Part shown: positions 36,320 to 49,652 of the stretch, piece after piece
How the letters are laid out: each line of letters begins with the position of its first letter
How positions within the stretch are numbered: position 1 is the stretch's first letter
NCBI GenBank assembly: GCA_002269645.1
Contig: NIVC01001753.1
Span: forward strand, 124,001-188,000
Reading direction: 5' to 3'
DNA length: 64,000 bases
Source: Macrostomum lignano
Lineage: Eukaryota
Translations under genes and position numbers: made by a program
Notes under the pieces: model-generated
The model's database searches: none
Seen by the model: the letters and a program-made list of their open reading frames with translations, nothing else
Told to the model about the DNA's origin: nothing

Positions 36320-39300
36320 TTACAAAAGTAAATTTGTAAATAGGAAATAGGTTATAGGTAAATAGGTTACGCTGTCAATAAATAGGTAAGGCCTACTGTT
36401 TGCCTTTTTTTTCATTTGGAAGTAGGCGTTCTTCCATTTGTTGACGGTGCTTTCTGAAAGAGGCTTCAGAGCTTCGTCGCTCATATGGCGAAGCTGCGTG
36501 TGCTGAGCTATAATAATCTGCAGCGCCGTCTTGCTCGGTGGAATTGGCTGGCTGCTGTAGGGCCCGTTAGTCTGGACGGTTTCAACTACGAGTTGAGCCA
36601 GCAAGCGGCCGGCTGTCGACTCCTGCGCCAACTTGATCGATTCCTGGCGCTTTTCCGCTCGGGATTTGGCTACTGCTGACTGCTGACTGCTGACTGTTGA
36701 CTGGTTTAAAACCGAGCTTAAATTGCAGTCAGGTACTTTAGTGCTTCTCGGGGTCGACTGGATTGGAGCTGATGTCGTTGAGTTCAGTCCTAAGTTTTCT
36801 CGTGACCTTGATATGGATTAATGTGTGAAAAAAGTATGCATACATATTTCTCTAATTTTTAATTTTTAGATAATAGCTTTGTCGAAACGTAAGTTTTATT
36901 AAACTGCTGTCACTGCTGCATATTCTAAAGTGTCTCTAAAAAGCTGCAGAAAAACTTACTCCAAAAACCATTAGATAATAAGGTATTTAGGTAACTAGGT
37001 AATTGTAAGGGAATAAAATAGCATTAATTACTGGTTGAATGCAAGCTAAAAACTTACTACATTATATTGGTTGACTACAAGCTGTTTAAAACTTACTACA
37101 CCAATTTAAAGGGCCGTGCTTAAGAGAATAATTAACCACAATATTCTTTGAGGAAGACTCTGAAAAACTTACTGATCGAAAACGTGGAAGCTGTCAGCAG
37201 TCTTTGGATCGTTTTGCGTAACCAGTTCTAGCGCTGTCGCCCTGTTAATGATGGTTAGCGTTTTGGTAGGGCTTAATGGCTCATAGCAACTTATAATTTG
37301 ACTTGTTTGCATTCTATATTCTCATAAAATCTAAAAGTACACTGGTCAAGGCAATTCCTCTTTCTCTTACCATGAATTTGAGCTTTGCTTAGCTTCAGAG
37401 TCGAGGCGAAGCCGCTTTTCGCAAGGCTGCTGGTCGGTGCCCCCGATCCTTTTTGATGAAATTCAAGAATTTTTGAGAAGCAATCTGATAATTAAATATT
37501 TATTCAAAGAGCTTTTGTTCCCTTTATGCTGTAAAAAGTGCACATAAAATCATTACCTGTTATCTGGCTGGCAATTAGAAGCCCAGGCTCGCTTTCTTGG
37601 CGCGATGTCGCTGTTGCTGCTGCTGCTGCTGCTTTTGCGTCTGCGTCTGATTTTGTGATCCGAGCTAGTATTTCAAAGTTTGAAATCATTAGGGGAATCA
37701 TTAGAGGAATATTGACCCTAACCCTAACCCTAAATCATTACCTGTTATCTGGCTGGCAATTAGAAGCCCAGGCTCGCTTTCTTGGCGCGATGTCGCTGTT
37801 GCTGCTGCTGCTGCTTATGCTTCTGCGTCTGATTTTGTGATCCGAGCTAGTATTTCAAAGTTTGAAATCATTAGGGGAATCATTAGAGGAATATTGATAG
37901 TGAATAAATTAAGCAAAAAAACTGGGTTAACTTCTTCCCTTGTAGATTGTTTTGTTGATGAAATGAATTGGATTATAATTTGTGTGATATATTTATATGA
38001 GCAGTAATTCATAGACAATATTTAAAGAAAAATTCAACCTAAAAATGACAAGTATCTTCTTACCTTTTTCCTTCGACAACAGTTCGATAACAGTGGCTTA
38101 TTGTCGTTTGCTCAGCGGTCGCTTCGTCGATCGGGGAAAGGCATGCATCGTGCCTAAGTAGACAGTAAGCAGAAAGGATATGTGTTCGTTTTTTATTCAA
38201 CATTTTTCTCTGTATGATTTATTTGAACAATTGTTTTAAATAGTTTTCTTATTTCCATCAGACAAGCATAATATGCCTCTTACTTGATAGCCTCGAGGAA
38301 GACAGGTTGTTGTGGCTGGCTTACATTGCTCTCGATCTCGCTCTCGCTCTCGCTCTCGCCCTCACTATCTTCTTCAATGATAGGTGCAAGTTCTGCGCTT
38401 CCTTGAATCGGCAATGGCATCGAACGGACAGAGCAGCACATGGCTTGCAGCGAAGTCAGCGTGATTTGAAAATCGTGTGCTTTGTAAAATTTGCTGACGG
38501 TCTGCTCGGAGTGACGCCGGCCTAGGTGAGTGACCATTCGATTCTGCTCTGTACTTAAAAGAGCCTCAGACAGCGTCGAATGGGCTCGGCGAAGGTGAGT
38601 AGGCGTTACCTTCGTGTGCGGCGTTAATGTGTTTTCTGTATGCGTATGTGTACTAGATGTTGCATCTATGATAAATAAATAATTTTCTACAGTCACTCGC
38701 TGTGTCCAACAACAAAATTTCCTAACAGCTAGAGCTAGAAAAAGTTACTAAAAATTAAATAAAGTTTTGGTAATGGAAAATATATAACTCACATTATTGT
38801 CTCCAGTGACTTTTTTTAACAGAGTGGCGAGTGTTGCTTGTCCACTAGACCGATTGAGATAAGGCAAAAACCCTTTCTCCGAATCAAAGTTTGCTGGAAA
38901 AAGAGGCTGATGCTCAATAAAATCAGCCGTAGCCTCGCCAGTGAAGTTGCTTCTCAGGAATTCACGAAGCAGATTTGCGAACTTGTGAAATAGTATCACA
39001 AGTTCGCTAGATAAGAACAGCACTGGTTCGCCCTTGTAGTTAACAACTTTGTCTTTTACGTGTTTACACATGATATAGCTGGAGCCATCTTCTTGACGCC
39101 GAAAAAATAGCGGATCGAATAGATGGTAAAGACGAAGAAACCTAAGGTTAAAAGGATAGCGTGTTTTAAGACACTAAATATGTTAATTGCCTATTTCCAA
39201 AACAATTTCTTACCGGTATGAGTCGTAGCGCATATGCTGAAACCGCATGTGCGCTAGCTTTAGTACGGCGCCGAATGACCTGATCTCGTTAATTGTCAGC

Positions 39301-42300
39301 GTTGATATTTGGTCGCATTGGAGTATCTCCATGATCTTGTCATTGACTACTGGAGACAAATAAACAGTAGCCATCAGATTACGACACCACACGGGACCTT
39401 GGTCCCTACGCCGGTCGTCTTGTCGAAAGCAGCGGCTTGCGATGTTAGCCCGCTTACTAGCACGGGAAATTGGATTTTTCAACAGCGTAAGAGTGTTCTC
39501 TAATAGCTCCTTGCTGACACGCAGCTCGTGAAACAACTGCTTCGAGCTGCTTGAATGAAGAACCTCAGCTTCTAGCAGCGTCTGAGCGAGCCAGCGAAGC
39601 GCTAGCAGTTGTAGTTGTGAGCTTTTGCCTCCAACCCACCACAACGCGGTCGCTTCAAGGATATCGAGATCAAATATATCCGTTAAATAAACGTCCCTGC
39701 CGAGACCTGACACGGTGCGCCGCCATATCATGTCCAGTATGGACAGCTTTGATTCCAACGCCTCGTAGGCCGCAACACCCTCAGAAGTTTCCGGTTCATC
39801 TTTCCTAACCGGATCCGTTCGGATGTTGCGGGCGACTCCGAAGTCGCTTCTGTAGCAACCGACGTCTCGTTTCAGAAAGCGAAAAAGCTTTTCTCGACGA
39901 CCTGAATCCACCACAGTTGCAAGCCTCATCGGGTGAATAGCAGTAAACGGCCTCAGCCAATAAGGAGCATTGACTTGGCTACGCCTAGGGATGCTGAACA
40001 TAGGCTCCCTCATCTTAACGTCATAAGCAATGTCGTATGAGGGTACATCCAAGTAATGATACTTGACACCGTGGCTTCCCACAACGACAGGTAGACTCTC
40101 TTTAAGATGACGAAAATCCTGCTCACTAAGACTAAATGGTTCTGGCCAGGACTCAAAGAACGGAACGGAAGTTTCAGGAGCCAATGACGTTTCCTAAAAA
40201 AGGCAATAAAAGCATGAAACCTCATTAACCTCATATCCTTAGTTACTACATCAATATCTATATCAATCACTGCGGAAGTCCTACTCATGACTACAGACCC
40301 TTTTACAACTTATTGGCAAATATGTCGTCTTTCGTAACGTTATATTACCTTTAGTGTATGATCATCCTATATTAGGCGTGTCATTCCGGTGTATGAATGT
40401 CTTAAAATGTGTGCAGCCCTCCTAAAGAATAGATTATACTGACTAGCACTGAGCAGTTTACACGCGCTTAATTGAATCTCGACTTGGCTTTCATGTGCTC
40501 TATGATACTTGCCTATACAGTGAGTAGTAAGTATTTCAGATCAGATGTTAGGTAAGATTGGGGCATTCATGTGCATGTTCTTGTTCGCAACCGTAGAAAT
40601 CCATATCATAAACTTTATTATGAGTAGCGCAATGATCGTTTGAGAGTCCTGAAGGTAACTCTCACCCTCGTCAGGAGCACCGCCGCATGCCTATGTCAGA
40701 GTAGTAAGTTTTTCAGGGGTCATGCAATATCTGCCGTGTCTTGACCATACTGTCTTTAATGCCTCGTATAAGAATGTTGAAAGTCAATTGTTACTCGGAG
40801 AATATATCAAAGGAACTTATAAAAGTATTTTAGTAGAAATATGAGGGGCTGTTCGCCCCTTACGAGGGGCACTTCGCCCCTCATAATTGTAAGCCCGTCT
40901 TGTTTACTAAATATCGTCGCTCAGTAGAGTGATAAGCGTATCAAAATGACTGAGCGGACTCTTGCGATAAAGCAAAGATACGATATGAATTTCCCTGTCT
41001 TTTTATATTATTTCTTGAATCTGAAGAGAGAATAATGCTCCAGACATCTACTCTAGAAAATCAGTACACTTTCTTAGAAGGTCGATGTACTGATATGACG
41101 TTACTTTACTTTAGCTTCTGGCCATCCTAGATTTTGGTATTCGGACTTTCTGTTGTGTAAATATTCTGAAATCGTGTAGAGACCTCCTAAAGCGAAAAAT
41201 ATCCTAAGTAGTTGTCAAACATTTTTCTATGCGGCCAAGTGATTCTCGACTTGGCTGTTATGTGCTCTTTGATTTTTGCCAATATAGCGAGTAGTAAGTT
41301 TTTCAACTCAGAGGTTAGGTACTATTGGGGCATTCAAGTGCATGCGCTTGTTCCTAACCATAGAAATCCATATCATAAACTTTATTATGAGTAGCGCAAT
41401 GAACGTTTGAGAGTCCTAAAGTAGCTCTCACCCTCGTCAGGAGAACCGACGTATGCCTATGTCAGAGTAGTAAGTTTTTCAGGGGACGTGCAATATCTGC
41501 CATGTCATGACTATTCTGTCTTTAATGCCTCGTATAAGAAAGTTTAAAGTCATTTGTTACTTCGAGAATATATCAAGGAAGTTATAAAAGTATCTTAGTA
41601 GAAATATGAGGGGCTATTCGCCCCGTACGAGGGGCTTTTCGCTTATAAAATTATAAGCCTAGCTTGACTACTAAACATAGTCGCTCAGTAGAGTGATTAG
41701 TGTATAAAAATGACTGAACACACTCTTGAATAAAAAAGCAAAAAAATATAATAATGTTTCTGTACTATTCATAATTGAACCATAAATTGATCCCTTGCTC
41801 AAAAACTTATTACGCGAAATAATATTTGACTTTCTGACATACTAATACATCGAATTTACTGTCTGATAAATTCTCTTGGAATGACGTAAATATTGAGAAA
41901 CACTCACCGTTTGAAGATCCGGTACAAGGCCGGTTGTACTATTTGAGGCCGAACGCGGTGGTGGGAGAGGCACATACTTTGTTGGCCGCTGGGAAAGCAT
42001 TTCAGCCTGATTGAGGAAAAATTTAGATTTTGGATGACACTTTTATACTCAAGAAAAGTTACTTATGCTTACAGAGAAGACCAATTACAATATTAATTTA
42101 TTTAGACTCTAAAAAGAGTTACGTACTACAGGCTTTCAGAAAATTATCTAGAGCATAAAACTCGCTAAGACTTGCTAGTTACTGAAAATAAATTTGTAAC
42201 GAAAATCTTAGTAAATGTTGGGTTTGCGGTTGCACTTTTATGCTTTAGACCTCGTTTACTTTCTATGTTATCTTACTCCCTTTCTCTCGTGCGCTGTCTC

Positions 42301-45060
42301 ACTCTAGCAGTGGTTACTCATATGAACCTGCGTGTTAGTGCACGTTGTAGCCCTCGACCTATCAAATAGTTTCAATAATCAATGTACATTTATCGACCAG
42401 TCTGTGCATAATAAATAGATCGCAAATTTTGGCTCTGGCCCTCAACTGTTCATTTGTCAGCTAACATGACCTGACTAGTGTTATTCTGCTTACAGTAGTA
42501 AACTATCCTAATAGCTAATATTTTAAAGCAATAACTGACAGCTACCCTTCTTGTCTGATTATACATCATTATAGATAACAAGTAAAAACGACAAGCAAAG
42601 ATGAGAAGATTATTGTGAACCATGAATTGTTCCCTTCCTGAAAAACTTACTACGCGAAATAATGTTTGACTTTCTGACACAAAAATACATTGAATTTACT
42701 GTCTGATAAATTCTTTAGGAATGACGTGAATATTGTGACACACTCACCGCTTCATGAGAATTTCCGGTCGGTTGGACCGTTGAAGAACGGCCGGTTGGAC
42801 CGTTGTGGCACTTCGGCACCGTTGTGGCACTGCTGGCACTGGCCGAGGCCGAATGCGGTGGCCGCTGAGGTGAGGCCGAGCCACGCTGAGGCACCAGAGG
42901 CACCAGAGGCTCGCAAGGTGAGGCCGAAAGGTGAGGCTCGCAAGGCACATCATCATCAGTCGTTTGCCACTGGGAAAGCAATTCAACCAGATTGAGGAAA
43001 AAATTAGATTTTGGATGACACTTTTATAGTCTAGAAAACCCTAACCACTTTTATAGTCTAGAAAAAGTTACCTAATGCTTACAGAAAACCAATTACAATA
43101 TTCATTTATTTTGATTCTAAAAAGTGTGACTACAGGCTTTCAGAAAATTATATAAAGTATAAATAGAAATCAAGTTCTTGCCCTTGAAAATCTTAATGAT
43201 CGCGTTCTGAATACTTTTTATTAAAAACTTCCGGTTACAAGTATTGATCTGAACGTGATTACTAAAAGAATTGTGCCCTTCCTGAAAAACTTACTACGCG
43301 AAATAATGTTTGACTTTCTGACACAAAAATACATTGAATTTACTGTCTGCTAAATTCTTTAGGAATGACGTGAATATTGTGACACACTCACCGCTTCATG
43401 AGAATGTCCACGGCCGGTTGTACTATTTGAGGCCGTACGCGGTGGTGGGAGAGGCACATCATTATTTTGCTGCTTTGGCGCCATCGAACGCTGCTCTGGG
43501 TGAGGCATTGTTCTTATCCGCGGCCGAGGCTTATGATCCTGTAAATAAAATAAAAAGTAAAGAGGTAAAAATTAATGAAACGAAAACTGTTTTCATCTTT
43601 TATGCTAAAGTTTTTTATATGCTTCGATTCAAAATTTACCCGCCATGACGAAGGATCAACAATGAGATCTTCTAATTTGCAAAGGTCCTCCGTTCTGGCA
43701 GGTGCTGATGAGGCTCCGGACGGGTTTCGTAGCCTTGGTGCCGGGATCGGACGGAACGCTGGTTGGCTACTCGATCGCTGTGTAAATTAACGTTTGGGTT
43801 GCTTCAAAACTCGTAGTTAAGAAATAAAAATTCATAAGAATAATTTTCGTTGTATGCTTTCATTTAATAATTATTTTCTCCCTTATGTTTTGTACATAAC
43901 ATTTTACATAGCATGTACAGCCATGACTCGCACGTTGTATACCTTCATGTATTTTAACTTACCACTAGAGGCACTCTGCAGTTAACTGTTAAGTTCTGAA
44001 GAAAACTCTCCATTTTCGCAGCCTTGGCAGCCTCGTCGAATGCGCTGCCCAGAATAAGTTCACGAGGAGGTTCGGGCCGAAGCTTTTTAGATGGCCCGGA
44101 CGGGCCGGATGTAATCGACGAGGGCGTTGATGCTGGTCTTGTCGCTGAAGCCTGTCAGGAAAAATGTAACATTTGAGCTTGATTGAGAAAGCTGTGGTAG
44201 ACATTTATTTTTCCAGAACGCAATCTTTTTTCTTCAAAATAGGCATCAAGTAAAGAGGAAATTTTAGCTATTGATAGATATTTATGCAATTAATAACATA
44301 TCTACTGTTCTATTCATTGTTTCATAAGTTACCCGTTTACCATACAAAAAAGATAGGTCCTTACGAAAAAGTTACTACCTATGATCAACGAGATTGAAGT
44401 CTACTGTCGACAGCCGAGCATATTGATGGCTCTACAAATCTTAAAATAAGGAAGAAGGGCCCTAACCATGAGCACCACAGGATTAGGCCCAAATCCTAAC
44501 CCTGGACCCTGATCAAACACCTGATCTATCAATGTTGTCTATCTATTCATAAGAGTAATCACAAATTATAGCAAATAAAAATTATTTAACCTTAGCTCAA
44601 ACAAAATAAAATATGTAAATCATAGCAGACGAAACGAAAAACTTACCACTCTTACGGTTGGAACCGTTAGCCGATTCTCAAACCGCTTCCAACATTTTGG
44701 ATGCGGCGGTAATGGCCGATCTTGTTGTAGAGCTTGCCTGGCGGAATGCGCGTACTCTACGGCGAATTCTCTGCACAGCTGATTATGCGCGATGTGATCA
44801 TAAGTCTGCTCTGAGGACTGAAACTGATGAGCCGCTCTGTAGTGGTCTCTTAGGTGCATATATGCTTCAAAGCATAATGAGCACATGGAAGCATTATGCC
44901 GCACCTTTTCCTCAAACTTTGCGAACCATCGAAGGTCTTCTAATCGATGCACGTACTCCTTGTGCACAACATTGATGTGTCTTTTGAGGTTGTCTAACCT
45001 CATTTGCTGTAGGCAAATCGCACATTCTTTCAATTTCTCGGAATGGTGACTTCTACGCAT
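36320..45060 (-). CDS. Multi-exon C2H2 zinc finger - linker - tyrosine-recombinase-like protein (~1200 aa, hand-spliced)
   Basis: Exons 45060-44647, 44151-43963, 43777-43640, 43538-43392, 42969-42748, 41988-41908, 40193-39214 and 39141-38793 join in frame with GT-AG (840 codons). These are followed by ~38635-38284, 38153-38064, 37846-37742, 37664-37557 and 36806-~36390. Candidate catalytic residues: QHMR, HVK, TPTHLRR, RRHS, KFY. The exon 8-9 junction phase is unresolved. Confidence 0.65.
40460..41730. repeat. Two copies of satellite module A inside an intron of the recombinase-like gene; another copy at 45340-45890
   Basis: Same blocks as in 23878-27770. Confidence 0.9.
42630..43400 (-). 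repeat. Exon+intron cassette B, inverted relative to the copies at 50330-52080
   Basis: ORF 42715- is almost identical to ORF 50473+. Confidence 0.92.
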
Positions 45061-47100
45061 TCCTTCTTGGCTCTAAATTAAGTCTCTCGAGACTCTTAAG
45101 AAAAAGAGCCTTGTTTGTCTTGTTCAGCTGGACTAATATAATCTATCAGGTGGAGGAGGGGATGTTGTCGAATTGAGGGGTGTCTTGCTGTGTCCTGTGT
45201 ACATGATTGGTTGAGGGGTACCGAATTTCGCCTAAAGAGCTGTCCCTGTTCGGCTTAATACTACTTACGACCAGTAGTAAAGTTCGATTAAGAAATCTTA
45301 CGCTAACCCATATCCCGATTTGCATCATGATTTAAAAGCAGCGGCTCTGTTGTACACAACTTTCTGTTGTATATCCTAAAATCGTTTATAGACCTCCTAA
45401 GGCGCACAATAACCTGAGTAGTTCTCAAACAGTTTTCATGCGGCTAAGTGAATCTCGACTTGGCTGTCATGTGCTCTAAGATACTTGCCTATACAGTGAG
45501 TAGTAAGTTTTTCAACTCAGAGGTTAGGTACTATTGGGGCATTCAAGTGCATGCTCTTGTTCTTACCTGTAGAAGTCCATGTCATACACTTTATTGTGAG
45601 TTTCGCTATGAAAGTTTTAGAGTCCTGAAGTAACTCTCACCCTCGGCAGGAGCACCGACGTATGCCTATGTCAGAGTAGTAAGTTTTTCACGGGACATGC
45701 AATATCTGCAATGTCCTAACCATACTCAGTCTTTAGTGTTTCTTATAAGAATGTTTAGAGTCGTTTGTTACTTGGAGAATATATCAAAGGAACTTTTGAA
45801 AGCATTTTAGTAGAAATATGAGGGGCTCTTCGCCCCTCTCGAGGGGCATTTCGCCCCTCAATATTATAAGCCTTTGCACAGCTTAATCGGCTTAACGCCT
45901 ACGAGGTTCAGGATGATTAACAGTTACATCGTTATTTCTTTAGTTTCTAGTTAATAAAGTGACAGAACTTTTTGATCGTCCCTCGTACCTCGTCCCTCGT
46001 ACTACGACCAGTAGTAAAGTTTGATTAAGAAATCTTACGCTAACCCATACACTTTACCCTAACCCATATCCTGATTTACATCATGATTTAAAAGTAGCGG
46101 GTCTGTTGTAGGGCCCACATGTTGCAAACTAAAACTAAAATTAATAAGAACCCAATAATGTTTAAAAATGCCTACCACTTTTATAAGAAAGGTAGCCATT
46201 TTTTGAAAAGGTAAGCTAGCAGAAAATTCATGACAATCAAACTGTCGCTGTCACTGCATACTAACTGATAACACTTACTCTTTGTATGCACACAATAACT
46301 GTTATGAAAAACTTACTTTCTATAAGGACTATAATACCTTTTACAATATTAATTGTTTCTGAAGACGCAGATTTATGAAAGCAAGATAATATCATTTGCT
46401 TTGAAAAATTGCGTAATGGTGTAGCTAGCGGAGATTTGTTTCTGTGGAAACTCTATACAATACAATACAATACAATATAATTACAAATAAACCGAGACAT
46501 TTTATCGCCATTATTCAAGGCTCCATGAATTGAAAAATTCTCTTACAATTTTAACTGTACACAAAGTTCAGCGGAACCACCAAAGTAAACAAACTATTGG
46601 CAAGCCCTGACCACCTAGGCGTAGCGCACGAGTGCATCAATGATTATTCAATAATTTAAGAAGCTATTCTGAACTTTAGGCCCATGACAGAACGGACCCT
46701 AGCAACCGTGGGACAGAAAGTTAAATTATTTTAAACTACTCGCTCGTTTCAAATATTTTGTCGCCATTGTAAGTAACAAGCCGTTACTGGTATTGTTCTA
46801 TTGTTTCTACTGTTGGTGAAGTCTTAAAAGTCAAAGTCTTTGAAACTCTTGTATCCATGCCAATAATCTGGCATCCGCGTGTGGCCTAACAAAATATGAG
46901 GACTTCCTCACTCCCACTCTGATGACGTCTGATGACGACCAAATCAGGTTTACCTCCATTCCGATTGGACAACTGGGTCCAGACTGTCTAATTGGAGGTA
47001 ACTGGCTAAAACTAAACAATAAAACGACTACCATAGAGTTCAAAATGCCAACTCAGCACAATTATTACTTTTAGCTAAGGTCTTCTAAAAGCACGAAAAA

Positions 47101-47334
47101 ATGGAACGACCGGTCCGTCGCATTGTAAAGAATGAAATCATCCACCTCGTTCTTTACCAAGGACCAGGAAGCCGGAAGCCCGTCTACCCGAGCCCGAAGA
47201 CGTACCGGCAGTACATTGTCGACGGCCTAAAGTTTGGTCCAATTTCAAGGAAGCAGGCCATTCAAATGGCGCCTGTTATGCTCGCCTTTTGGAAGTGTTC
47301 CTTTCAAGAGAGGCGACAAAACGCCTTCCAGTGA
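47101..47334 (+). CDS. Small hypothetical protein, 77 aa, head-to-head with another small ORF (46831-47043, minus)
   Basis: ATG start in a GC-richer island within AT-rich DNA. No motif confirmed. Confidence 0.3.
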   Translation: MERPVRRIVKNEIIHLVLYQGPGSRKPVYPSPKTYRQYIVDGLKFGPISRKQAIQMAPVMLAFWKCSFQERRQNAFQ

Positions 47335-48857
47335 ATTGACCGATTGTCAAAGACTTAACAGTAGAAGTAATCGCTTTTTACTTACAATGCTTTTTTATTC
47401 TATTCTTTTCTATTCGTATCGCTTCCATGCTTCTAATGTTTTTTGTATTTTTACTTTTATTTGAACACTGTATGTGCTACATTGTGCTAACAGAACGGAA
47501 ATAATAATGCTAATCGTTAATTGCTTTTCATAATAAAATGTCTATATGTAATAAGTCATTGTATTTTACAGGCTAATAAAATGTTTGAGTCGCAAACGAA
47601 AATAAACTATCATGTGTGTACTTGTGCAATTGTCTAATAGTCACTTTTCATCGATAGTCACCGATGCATAAAAATTCAAATGAGAATTTGCAAGATTTGA
47701 AATCTTAAGACAAAGACAGCAGTTTGTGTGCCGTATTATGCCATTTGTGCAACATACTACGAAAAACTTACTACCTATTGCAAAGCTATGTATAGAAGCT
47801 CTAGGTGAGGATGAGGGTTGCTCAAACACATGCATCATGCAACCTAAAACTCCGGACAAGGACAAGGTGGGGATTAGGGTTAACCGGTGCTAAGACATGA
47901 AAGTGTAACTTTTGGTAAAATAATGGTGTGGCATAATAGAATTCCAAATGTGCAACATACTATGAAAAACTTACTATCTATTGCAAAACTATGTATAGAA
48001 GCTCTAGGTGAGGATAAGGGTTGCTCAAACATATGCCACATGCAACCTAAAACTCCCTGCTGAGGGCTGATTAGCACCATTATACAATTCAGCCTGTCAA
48101 CGGACAGGGTGGGGATTAGGGTTAGCCGGTGCTAATAAATGAGAGTGTATAACCTCTGGTAAAAATAAAGGTGCACGGGATAATTTATAAATGTTAACAC
48201 AGTTCCCTTTAGTAGCAATTGATCTAAAATTTATCTAAACTTTATTAAAATTTATCTAAAAGGAAACCGCGAGATTTTTTAAATCTCACTATCAAATGAT
48301 CTCACATTTTGGCATAATACGCTTTAATCATTTTCGAAACGTAAAAAACTTACGGATTTTCAGATAAGAATTTATAAAGGTAAAACAAAAACTGCGCATT
48401 CGAAATAGCGCAAGTAACGAATAAAAAGACTGAAATTAGAAAAGTCTGGTATTATTTAAAACATTTCTGTCAAAACGCTAATTAAAAACTCTAACTAGTT
48501 CTACATTATTTTTATTTTAAATTATGCCTACATGCACGTGCATTTTTATTCGTGAAATCGAAGAAGCAACCGCTTATTACTTTTCAATACTTTTTAAACA
48601 AGCACAAAGGTCTGGCTTAGGTCTGACTTGGAGTAAAAATCACATTAAAATGTTCGCTTATAAGTTTGTATCAGCAATTAATTATCTATTTGGCCCCTTT
48701 GTGCTCTTTTCATTAGGTCAAACTTTACTATACTTGATTTAGGAGATTTTTTGACCATGCTTATTTTGTTCCAATTTAATCTGTGAGTTAAATGTGAGTT
48801 AAAGGTCCAGCTGGGTTAGGGTTGTAGCTTTAGCTTTGCTTTCCACTGCACAAATTG

Positions 48858-49370
48858 CAAAGCTACAGCTTTTTTTGCAGCTTAATATTTTTTAGTACAA
48901 AGTAATAAGCTTTTTATCCAAATATACATTTTTATTAAAGTGCAAAATAGCTGTAGCTTGGCACTTTAAACTTTTTCAATGTAGCTACTGTCTTCTTGTG
49001 TGACAATAATTTATAAATTATAAATATAATTACTGAAAAAGTTACTGAAAAGCTACAGCTTTTCGCAGCTTAATATTTTTTTGTAAAAATGATATCATTT
49101 TTTTAAATATCCATTTTTAAGAATGTGTAAAAAAAGCTGTAGCTTGGCACTTTGGACTTTTTCAATGTAGCTACTGTCTTCTTATGTGACAATAATTTAT
49201 AAATTATAAATATAATTACTGAAAAAGTTACTGAAAAGCTACAGCTTTTTGCAGCTTAATATTTTTTTGTAAAAAATGATAATTTTTTTAAATATACATT
49301 TTTAATAATGTGTAAAAAAGCTGTAGCTTGGCACTTTGCACTTTTGCAATGTAGCTACTGTGGCAATAAT
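48858..49370. repeat. AT-rich ~186-bp tandem repeat x ~3, each with an internal inverted pair AAGCTACAGCTTTT / AAAAGCTGTAGCTT
   Basis: Directly visible at about 48858, 49051 and 49237. Confidence 0.85.
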
Positions 49371-49652
49371 TTAAAAATGATTAATTTTTTTATTGTTTAT
49401 TGTTTAAAACAAACTATTATTTTTTGTTTGAGGTATACCTATGTAGAATAAATAATTTTAATTTATATGATTATAAATAAAAATAATAATTCTGAAAATG
49501 AAAAATAAATATATAAACTGCTTAAACGTTTGGAGCTTCTTCTAGATTCTTTTAATAAATATTTTAGCCTGGTGATTAGATTCATTAGGTATAAATTGGA
49601 TATACAAAGAATGAGTATTTAGATAACTATAATTTCAATTTTTTTTCAGATT

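Noticed and set aside
47101-47334. Chromodomain
   Set aside because: Only vague resemblance. The aromatic cage and TWEP-like residues are absent.
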